A DNA stretch of 64,000 nucleotides from Acidimicrobiia bacterium (lineage in GTDB: Bacteria > Actinomycetota > Acidimicrobiia > Spongiisociales > ZC4RG35), in NCBI GenBank assembly GCA_965203555.1, contig CBDBCY010000004.1:800001-864000 (forward strand). Direction: 5' to 3'. Under the pieces are notes generated by a model. It saw nothing but the letters and a program-made list of their open reading frames with translations, was not told the origin of the DNA and did not search any database. The position numbers were made by a program, and so were the translations under genes. The number at the start of each line of letters is the position of its first letter. Positions within the stretch are counted from its first letter, which is position 1. This document shows positions 1-7,872 of this stretch, piece after piece.

Positions 1-156
1 CTGGGTGCCCTAATAGCTACGGCCTTAAATGGCATCCTGTAGCCGTTCTTAGTCCATATATCTGCTTTCTATACCGGCCTTCTCCGTGCCCGGTTTCCAA
101 GCGGGGGTGGCGGCGCACGGTTCAAGCTAAACTCGTAGGAGAAGGGGGATTTCGGA

Positions 157-867
157 GTGCAAACGAGGATAAGCCCGACACCGCTGCCGGTCGAGGAGAC
201 GTTTAGCGAGAAGACCAGGGCGTTCCTCGCTTATGCGCGGAGTCTTCCCCCGATACCGCACGACGACGACCCGAACGGTTGGTTCTCGCAGATAGCCGCT
301 CACTTGAAACGTTCCCCGAGACAACGACTGCAGCGGTGGGCGGCTTATGCTGATAGGTCGTTGCGGTTCGGTTGTGAACCCCGCGGGGAGGAGCATGTTC
401 GGTTTGATCCTGTGCGGGTGTTGCGCACCCTTACGGACCGGGGGGTTGATTTCGTGTTCGTGGGGATGGGCGCTGGGTATGTGCGGGGCGCTCCCTACCC
501 CAGTTACAACACCGATATCACTCCCGGCATGGAGTCGGACAACTTGGCCCGGGTGGAAGAGGTGCTGGAGGTGTTGGAAGCGCGGCCGTTGGAGAGAGAC
601 GAGTGGGGGCCGGTCGAAGAACACACTCTTCCCGGGTACAGGCGGCTGATGACATCGGCGGGGATGGTAAACGTGGTGGATTCTCTTCCCGGGGTGGGCG
701 GTTACGGGAGGGTCAAGACCAAAAGCGACATGGTGGAAGTTGCGGATGGGCTGTCGGTGCGGGTAGCAGCGATGGAGGACGTGATCTGCAGCAAGGAGGC
801 AGTAGGCGAGTTGATCGTCGGGACACCACCCTACGGCCGCATGATGGACGGTGTGGGCTTGTACTGA
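157..867 (+). CDS. Nucleotidyltransferase-like protein (FDP..L..L....VDFV.VG family) with N-terminal extension; possibly frameshifted near its 3' end
   Basis: Motifs FDPVRVLRTL..GVDFVFVG, TDITP..NLARV, VRVAAMEDVICSKEAVG; an alternative frame continues LVLMCKETLAL.. to 935. Confidence 0.55.
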   Translation: MQTRISPTPLPVEETFSEKTRAFLAYARSLPPIPHDDDPNGWFSQIAAHLKRSPRQRLQRWAAYADRSLRFGCEPRGEEHVRFDPVRVLRTLTDRGVDFVFVGMGAGYVRGAPYPSYNTDITPGMESDNLARVEEVLEVLEARPLERDEWGPVEEHTLPGYRRLMTSAGMVNVVDSLPGVGGYGRVKTKSDMVEVADGLSVRVAAMEDVICSKEAVGELIVGTPPYGRMMDGVGLY

Positions 868-910
868 TGTGCAAAGAGACTCTGGCGCTGAAGAACAAGT
901 ACGGCACAAA

Positions 911-1180
911 GTGGAACCTCTCGCCCGGATCTTAGAAACCTTCGCTGCCCACGGGGCGAACGTGGTAGTGATAGGAAACTACGGTGCTCTAATGCAGGGA
1001 GCGCGGGTGGAGACCGAGGACGCTGACATGGCTTATCAACGCACCGAGGAGAACCACCGGCCCACCTCACTCTCCGATGAACCCGGGGCGGTTCACCCGG
1101 AGTGGGGATTGTTTCCCAACCTTTCCCTCGCTTTCATGCTCTTACACCCCGAGGCGGCCTACGGCAACGACCAGATGTGA
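911..1180 (+). pseudogene. Truncated N-terminal fragment of a second nucleotidyltransferase of the same family
   Basis: GTG at 911: VEPLARILETFAAHGANVVVIGNYGALMQGARVETEDADMAY..ENH, after which family similarity stops. Confidence 0.5.
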
Positions 1181-1265
1181 TAGATCAAAACCACCGCATC
1201 CACAGGGCATGACGCCCATACCTTCTCCCCCGCTCCTATCGGAGGTGACGCCACTCGGACACGCC

Positions 1266-2306
1266 TCAGCTTCGGCTTATCGCCCGTTCGTAACATTCTC
1301 GATAGGCGGGACCCACCTGATCCCATGAGAACCGCGCGGCCCGCTCCTGCCCTGCCGCTGACAGGCTCTTTGCAAGCGAAGCATCTCCCAGCACGTCGGC
1401 TACCTGATCCACCATTGCCGGAACGCTTCCTGTGGCGAACAACCTGGCCGCCGGGCCCGCCACGTCCCGGAAGGAGGGAAGGTCGGAGGCGACCACGGCA
1501 CAACCGGCGGTCATTGCCTCCACCAGCACGATCCCGAAACTCTCGCCTCCCAGGTTGGGCGCCACGTAAACCTCCGCAGACCTCAGGTTCCGCTCCTTTA
1601 CCTCCTCGCTGACCCTGCCCAGGAAGACGACACCTTCCGGAGGGTCCGGGCGGGCGGCGCCCATCACCACCAATTCGGCGTGGACGTGACGCACCTTTAT
1701 CTGCGGCCAGGCCTCGAGCAACAGGTCCAGGCCCTTGCGAGGCTCATCCCGCCCCAGGAAGACCACCCGCCCCCTCCGCCGCTCCACCGCGTCCACGCCG
1801 AACGAGACATCAACTCCGTTGGGGATGATCCTCTCCGGACCCCATCCGGGTGCCAATGAACCGGCCGCCAGACGGCTCACCGCCGTCACCATGGTGTCCG
1901 GCCTCTGGAACGACCGTACCCACGGACCCAAGCCACGATACAACCTCCTCACCCAAGCGGGGGGGTCGGCATGAAAGGTCACGACCTTGGGGCCGGGGGC
2001 CCGCAAAGCGGCCACCCCCACCCTGGGCATCAGTGGTTCGTGTACGTGAGTCACCTCTCCCCATCTCATCGCCTCCGCCACCCGGCCCGCAACCCCCGTG
2101 GACAGAGAAATCGGCGCCACCGAACGGTTGGCCCGGACCCGGGTCACCCGCCCCACGGCGGCGCCCTGCTCCCCCGGAGGGAGCAACGGGGCGATCAATC
2201 GAACCTCATCCCCTCGGCTGCGCAGCCAGCCCGCCAGGCCCTGTACCTGTGCCTGGACGCCTCCGTCCCGGGTCAGGTCATAGGGCGATACCAGACAGAC
2301 CCGCAT
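1266..2306 (-). CDS. pimA: GT4 glycosyltransferase, phosphatidylinositol mannosyltransferase PimA-like
   Basis: MRVCLVSPYD..GGVQ, HVHEP, GRDEPRKG, GGESFGIVLVEAM; downstream of pgsA and an acyltransferase. Confidence 0.85.
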   Translation of the reverse strand: MRVCLVSPYDLTRDGGVQAQVQGLAGWLRSRGDEVRLIAPLLPPGEQGAAVGRVTRVRANRSVAPISLSTGVAGRVAEAMRWGEVTHVHEPLMPRVGVAALRAPGPKVVTFHADPPAWVRRLYRGLGPWVRSFQRPDTMVTAVSRLAAGSLAPGWGPERIIPNGVDVSFGVDAVERRRGRVVFLGRDEPRKGLDLLLEAWPQIKVRHVHAELVVMGAARPDPPEGVVFLGRVSEEVKERNLRSAEVYVAPNLGGESFGIVLVEAMTAGCAVVASDLPSFRDVAGPAARLFATGSVPAMVDQVADVLGDASLAKSLSAAGQERAARFSWDQVGPAYRECYERAISRS

Positions 2307-2315
2307 GAACCGAGG

Positions 2316-3194
2316 TCAAATCCGGTCGGAGGGCCAGTTGGGCTGGAGGAGATGCCACTGCTCGGGCGCGACCCTGATCAGGTCCTCGAAAGCGTCGGCC
2401 ATCAGTTGCGCGCCTGCGTGAAGCCTCTCCGACAGGGGTCCTTCCCGGGGTATGGCCAGGGGAGGCTTCAGGACTGCCCGGTAGCGACTCTTCTTTTCGC
2501 AATAGACAGCGACCGGGATCACCGGGCGCCCCGAACGGATCCCCAGCACCAGCGGTCCGGCCGGAAGGGTGGTTTCTTCCCCGAAAAACTGCACCGGGAT
2601 GCCCTTGCCGCTCAAGTCCCGGTCCGAAGGTAGGCAAACGGCGGTTCGACCGGCGAGTTTTCCCTGCAACTCGCCGAGAAGCCCCTTGCGAGCGAACACC
2701 ACCTTAATTCCGGTCAAGGCCCTGACACGCGAAAACCAGTCCCTGATGTAGGAGTTGGCCAGATTCTCGGCCACGGCCACCACCTCGATGTTCATGCCCC
2801 ATACCACCACACCGGCCATCTCCCAATTGCCGAGATGCGGAAGCACCACCACCACACCCCTTCCGTCCCTCAAAGCCCTCTCCAGTAACTCGAAACCCTC
2901 CAGGTCGAATCGGTCCGCTACCCGCTTCACATTGCGGGGTCCGGCCCACAGCGACTCACCCCAGTACCGCCCGTAGCTGGCGAACATCTTTCTCACCGCC
3001 TTGGATCGGCTCCCCAGCGCCATATCCAATCCGGTGCGATTGGCATGTCTTCCCGCCATACGCCGGTGACGGGGAAGAAGCATGGCGGCGATCACCCCGG
3101 CGGCGCCGCCGAATCGTTGCACAACCCACAGCGGCCAAACGTGCATGAACCCGGAAGCCGCTCTCACACCCCAGTAGGCGAGGCGTGCCCTCAC
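2316..3194 (-). CDS. Phosphatidylinositol mannoside acyltransferase (PatA / lipid A acyltransferase family)
   Basis: SYGRYW.E, PHLGNWE, SDRDL, PEQWHLLQPNW; GTG at 3194 overlaps the pgsA stop. Confidence 0.85.
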   Translation of the reverse strand: MRARLAYWGVRAASGFMHVWPLWVVQRFGGAAGVIAAMLLPRHRRMAGRHANRTGLDMALGSRSKAVRKMFASYGRYWGESLWAGPRNVKRVADRFDLEGFELLERALRDGRGVVVVLPHLGNWEMAGVVVWGMNIEVVAVAENLANSYIRDWFSRVRALTGIKVVFARKGLLGELQGKLAGRTAVCLPSDRDLSGKGIPVQFFGEETTLPAGPLVLGIRSGRPVIPVAVYCEKKSRYRAVLKPPLAIPREGPLSERLHAGAQLMADAFEDLIRVAPEQWHLLQPNWPSDRI

Positions 3195-3763
3195 CGCTTC
3201 AGTTCTCTGTACGCAACCGAGAACCGGTGAAGGGCCGACATCCAGCACAGGACGGTCATCGCCCACAACATGGGCTCCACCCACCCGGTGAGCAATCCCA
3301 GCGCGAAAAGGATCACTCTCTCGGCGCGACCTATTAGTCCCCCGGTTCCCTTCAATCCCTCCGCCTCGGCCCGGGCCCGCAGATACGGAATCATCAATGC
3401 GCCGCTCACCGACAGCACCACCAGCATTAGCACCCGTGGTTCGCCGGCCCGGGCAACCGCCAACCCCGAAAAACAAGCCACCTCACCCAGCCGGTCCACC
3501 GAAGCGTCCAGAAACGCTCCCCGTTTTGTAACTTTGTCGGCCGCCCGGGCCAGCGTACCGTCCAGACCGTCGATCGCCGAACCTGCCAAAGCGATCAGCG
3601 ACCCGACCACCAGATACTCAAGTGAAATGATCACCGCTCCCACGATGGTGACCCCCAACCCGAACAGAGTGAGGGCGGCAGGACTGATCCCGCAGCGGTT
3701 CAAGAAGCGGCCGATGGGATCGAGCACCCTTCTCAGGTGAGGGCGTACCCAAATGTCGATCAC
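3191..3763 (-). CDS. pgsA: CDP-alcohol phosphatidyltransferase (phosphatidylinositol phosphate synthase)
   Basis: DGLDGTLAR..GAFLDASVDR signature; operon context. Confidence 0.88.
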   Translation of the reverse strand: MIDIWVRPHLRRVLDPIGRFLNRCGISPAALTLFGLGVTIVGAVIISLEYLVVGSLIALAGSAIDGLDGTLARAADKVTKRGAFLDASVDRLGEVACFSGLAVARAGEPRVLMLVVLSVSGALMIPYLRARAEAEGLKGTGGLIGRAERVILFALGLLTGWVEPMLWAMTVLCWMSALHRFSVAYRELKR

Positions 3764-4028
3764 GGTTCTATCACGCTAGCAATACCTACCTCTATTGGGG
3801 AATCATCATGCCGAACCGGTCAGCAAATTCCACCCTCTTGAATTTAGGTGGAAGTCTGCGGCAAAGCCGACAACCTGCGGCCTCGCAACACCGACAGCCC
3901 GGCCCCGCCATTGTGGATCACCCGCCTGCGAGGCACAGAGCCGGACCCTGACGGCCTGGGCGGGAGGAAACGGTAGGCGCACGGTTCCGCTATCCTGAAT
4001 TCACCTGTTAAATCTCGGAGGAAAGCGT

Positions 4029-6077
4029 TTGTCACCCGATTCGATTCGCACCATTGCCCTGATCGGCCACGGAGGCAGTGGCAAGACTTCCCTGGCTGAA
4101 GCACTTCTCTACACCGCCGGGGTGACCACCCGACTCGGTTCGGTGGACCAGGGCACCACCATCTTGGACCATGAGCCGGAGGAGGAGGAACGCAGGCAAT
4201 CCTTGAACCTCTCGGTGGCCTCCTTCAAGTGGAACGGATGCAAGATCAACCTGATCGATACTCCCGGATACGCCGACTTCTCAGGCGATGCCCGCTCCGC
4301 CATCCGGGTGGCGGACTTGGCACTCTTCGTGGTTTCGGGGGTCGACGGCGTGGAAGTTCAAACCGAGCTGATGTGGAAGGTGGCCGCCGACGAAGGGACT
4401 CCGCGCGCGGTGTTCGTCACCAAGCTCGACCGGGACCGATCCTCCCTCGACCGCACTCTCGCCGAGTTGCGGGACGCCTTTGGAACCGGAATCGCTCCCC
4501 TGGTGATCAACGTGGGACAAGAAGCGAACCTGAGGGGAGTGGCCCGGGTCAGTTCAGGACAGGCAGCACTCTACGAGGAGGGCAACCCCCGGGGCGTCAT
4601 CGCCGCCGAGGCCCCCGAAGAAGTCGCTTCGGTCCTGGAAGAAGCCCACATGGAACTGGTGGAGTCGGTAGTCGAGACAGACGACGACCTGATGGACGCC
4701 TACTTCGAAGGGGAGGAGCCCAGCCAGGAAGTGATCGTCTCCGTCATCCGGGAAGCCATGTTGACCGGAGAACTCTTCCCGGTGCTGGCCGGTTCGTCCA
4801 GCCGACTGATCGGAATAGATGTCCTGGCCGACTTCCTCAAAGTTTTTGCGCCTACCCCGCTGGAGCGATCCGCCCCGCCGCTCGCGGAGGGCGAAATACA
4901 GATATCGGGAGACGGCGGCGCCACTGCCTACGTATTCAAGACGATCGGCGACCCGTACGTAGGGCGTATCTCCATTCTGAGAGTGTTCAGCGGATCTTTC
5001 AAAGCCGACGACCACCTGGAATTGGCCGGGGGGCCGACGGTCAGAGTGAGCAATCTGTTCTTCCTTCAGGGCCGCAACACCGATCCGGCCGCTGAGGTGT
5101 CCTGTGGAGATGTGGCGGCAGTGGCCAAGGTCGACAGGGCCACTACCGGCGCCACCCTGCGGTCGGTGGGGAAAACCGCGGTGGTGCTCCCCGCGGTCTA
5201 CCCGAAGCCGGTCATGGAATTGGCCATCTTCCCACGGTCCACGCAGGATGAGGAGAAGCTCTCCACCGCCCTGCAGCGGGCTGTCGAGGAAGATCCCACC
5301 CTAGCGGTTGAACGCCGGTCTGAAACCGGTGAAACCATCCTGGCAGGACTGGGCGACGTGCACCTGGACGTCACCTTGGCGCGCATCAAACGCAAGTACG
5401 GCGTGGAAGTGGAAACCGCCCTTCCCAGGATCGCCTATCGGGAAACGGTCAAGGGCCGGGCCGCGGCAGAGGGAAAGCACAAGAAACAGACCGGGGGACG
5501 CGGGCAATTCGGCGTGGCTTTCGTGCGTTTTGCTCCCAAGCCCCAGGGCGAAGGCTACGAGTTCATCGACTCCATCAAGGGAGGCGCCATCCCCCGCCAG
5601 TACATTCCGGCGGTCGACAAGGGGATCAGGGAGGCCTTCGCCCGCGGGATTCTGGCCGGTTTTCCGGTCATCGACGTGTCGGCCGAGGTCTACGACGGCA
5701 AGTATCATTCCGTCGACTCCGATGAGTTGTCTTTCCGCATGGCGGGAATCGCCGCCGTACGTTCTGCCGGGTCGGACCTGCGACCGGTCCTGCTGGAGCC
5801 CATCACCCGTCTATCGGTCAAAGTGCCCGAGGAGTACACCGGAGACGTAATAGGTGACATAAACGCAAAACGGGGCCGGGTGTACGGCATGGAGACGGAT
5901 GGATCGCTTCGGGTTATTTCCGCAGAGGTCCCCATGGCGGAGATCCAACGGTACGCGGTCGACCTTCGCTCGATGACCAGTGGACGCGGTACCTTCGAGG
6001 TGGCCTTCGACCACTATTCGGAGATTCCACATCAGGAAGCCCAGAAAGTGATCAGCGCATCCCGGAAGGAAGACTGA
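4029..6077 (+). CDS. fusA2: Elongation factor G-like protein (EF-G2)
   Basis: GHGGSGKT, DTPGYADF, TKLD, KKQTGGRGQF, YHSVDS; divergent from pgsA as in other actinobacteria. Confidence 0.9.
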   Translation: MSPDSIRTIALIGHGGSGKTSLAEALLYTAGVTTRLGSVDQGTTILDHEPEEEERRQSLNLSVASFKWNGCKINLIDTPGYADFSGDARSAIRVADLALFVVSGVDGVEVQTELMWKVAADEGTPRAVFVTKLDRDRSSLDRTLAELRDAFGTGIAPLVINVGQEANLRGVARVSSGQAALYEEGNPRGVIAAEAPEEVASVLEEAHMELVESVVETDDDLMDAYFEGEEPSQEVIVSVIREAMLTGELFPVLAGSSSRLIGIDVLADFLKVFAPTPLERSAPPLAEGEIQISGDGGATAYVFKTIGDPYVGRISILRVFSGSFKADDHLELAGGPTVRVSNLFFLQGRNTDPAAEVSCGDVAAVAKVDRATTGATLRSVGKTAVVLPAVYPKPVMELAIFPRSTQDEEKLSTALQRAVEEDPTLAVERRSETGETILAGLGDVHLDVTLARIKRKYGVEVETALPRIAYRETVKGRAAAEGKHKKQTGGRGQFGVAFVRFAPKPQGEGYEFIDSIKGGAIPRQYIPAVDKGIREAFARGILAGFPVIDVSAEVYDGKYHSVDSDELSFRMAGIAAVRSAGSDLRPVLLEPITRLSVKVPEEYTGDVIGDINAKRGRVYGMETDGSLRVISAEVPMAEIQRYAVDLRSMTSGRGTFEVAFDHYSEIPHQEAQKVISASRKED

Positions 6078-7408
6078 TGCCTACCGAGGACGGCGCCCGA
6101 CTACATTACCGAGGGCAGGAATTGGGACTACCCCTGGTGGCGCCGACCGTGGGAGACTGGGGCATTGACATCTCCCGGCTGAGGGCCGACTTGGGACTGA
6201 TCACCGTGGACCGGGGATTCGGCAACACCTCGCAGAACCCCAGTTCGGTCAGCTTCGTCAACGGCGAACAGGGAACCTTGAGCTACCGGGGCTACCCGAT
6301 CGAAGAGTTGGCCGGCCGGGTTGGTTTCTTGGAGGTGGCCTGGCTGCTCCTGTACGAGGACCTTCCCTCTCCCTCCCAACTCGACCGTTTCGAGGAGGAA
6401 ATCCGGGACTTCTCCGACGTGGGCGATTACATGCAGAGCTTCCTGGAGGCCTTCCCGGAAGAGAGCACTCCCATGGCTACCCTGGCCGCCGGGGTGCTCA
6501 GCATGGTAGGCCGCCATCCCGAGGCCTCCCAGACCAGCAAGCCCGAAATGTGGGAGAGAGCCACCCGCATTCTCCTCGCCGAAATGCCGGTGCTGGCCGC
6601 CCTGATAAACCGCCGATGCCTGGGACTGGACCCCATCGAGATAAGAACCGATCTGCCCTACACCGCTCGGTTCTATCACACCGCAGTGGCTGAGTCGGAG
6701 TCATCTCCTGCTCCCGATCCGCAACGCCTTGCCGTGCTGGAGATGCTGGAGCTTCTCCATAGCGACCACGGACAGAACTGCTCGTCCTCGGCGGTGCAGT
6801 TGGTCGGATCGGGCCGGGCCAGCATCTTCGCCTCGATAGCAGCGGGGATAAACGCCCTGTCGGGTCCTCTCCACGGCGGCGCCAACCAGAGGGTCCTGGG
6901 AATGCTGCAGGAGATCCAGATGGAAGGAGGAGACGTGAGAAAGGCCCTGGATCGGGCAAAGGACCGTTCCGACCCGTTCCGACTCATGGGCTTTGGTCAC
7001 CGGGTATACCGAAACTACGACCCGAGAGCAAGAATCATCAAAGACGCGGCCGCCGAGGTGCTGGCCGGTCTGGGCACGGACGATCCCCTCCTGCAGTTGG
7101 CCCAGGAACTGGAGAATGCGGCATTGGCGGACGAGTACTTCGTAAAGCGCAAGCTTTATCCCAACGTCGACTTCTACTCCGGTTTTCTGTATCGGGCGCT
7201 GGGCTTTCCCACCCAAATGTTCACCGTGCTTTTTGCAATAGGCCGGTTGCCGGGTTGGCTTTCCCACTGGCGGGAGATGGCTTCCGACCCCAAGAGCCGC
7301 ATTTTCCGCCCCCGCCAGGTCTATGTGGGCCGAACCGAACGGAAACTGGAGGACCGCGGCGCAACGACCCGATCTCAGACGGCGGGCGCCTCCAGTTCCT
7401 CTATGTAA
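6077..7408 (+). CDS. gltA: Citrate synthase
   Basis: LSYRGYPI, DHGQNCS, GPLHGGAN, MGFGHRVY, YPNVDFYSG. Confidence 0.95.
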   Translation: MPTEDGARLHYRGQELGLPLVAPTVGDWGIDISRLRADLGLITVDRGFGNTSQNPSSVSFVNGEQGTLSYRGYPIEELAGRVGFLEVAWLLLYEDLPSPSQLDRFEEEIRDFSDVGDYMQSFLEAFPEESTPMATLAAGVLSMVGRHPEASQTSKPEMWERATRILLAEMPVLAALINRRCLGLDPIEIRTDLPYTARFYHTAVAESESSPAPDPQRLAVLEMLELLHSDHGQNCSSSAVQLVGSGRASIFASIAAGINALSGPLHGGANQRVLGMLQEIQMEGGDVRKALDRAKDRSDPFRLMGFGHRVYRNYDPRARIIKDAAAEVLAGLGTDDPLLQLAQELENAALADEYFVKRKLYPNVDFYSGFLYRALGFPTQMFTVLFAIGRLPGWLSHWREMASDPKSRIFRPRQVYVGRTERKLEDRGATTRSQTAGASSSSM

Positions 7409-7866
7409 ACCTCTGAGCACAGTTCACCGTCAGCCCCGTCAATCTCCACCAGGGCACGGCGCAGGGGCGGGCTTTCCGCAGAGTACAGGATCACCTGCCA
7501 GCGGGGCCGAGATCTGATCCCGGTAAAGCTGACCGCCACGGAGGCGTGCCCCACCGCAAACGGCACCTCGCCCGCCGCCACTCTCAAAGCCCCGGCCTGA
7601 TCGAGGGAGAGGGGCCACGACGCCCACCAGTGGTAGGCGGCCATCCCCGTCAACAGGACGACAGAGATCCACAGGCCCGGGGTGGAAAACGCCAATCCTC
7701 CCAAGACGACGGCCGTTCCCAGGTAAACCCACCCGGCCCAACTACGCCGGCGTGGATCCGGAAAGCGGTACGGCCCCACGGCCGCGGCGTCCAAATCGTC
7801 GGGGACCGCCTCGGCCCGGGCCAGGTCGTCCGGGATCACTATCCCGTCTTGTCCCTTGGCGCTCAT
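7375..7866 (-). CDS. Hypothetical membrane protein
   Basis: 163-aa ORF immediately downstream of thrS with two hydrophobic segments; DLDA..VGPYRFPD motif. Confidence 0.65.
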   Translation of the reverse strand: MSAKGQDGIVIPDDLARAEAVPDDLDAAAVGPYRFPDPRRRSWAGWVYLGTAVVLGGLAFSTPGLWISVVLLTGMAAYHWWASWPLSLDQAGALRVAAGEVPFAVGHASVAVSFTGIRSRPRWQVILYSAESPPLRRALVEIDGADGELCSEVYIEELEAPAV

Positions 7867-7872
7867 CGGAGA

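Noticed and set aside
3860-4000. 6S, SRP or Ms1 RNA
   Set aside because: Lacks the SRP GGAA-tetraloop motif, and no long closing stem could be found.
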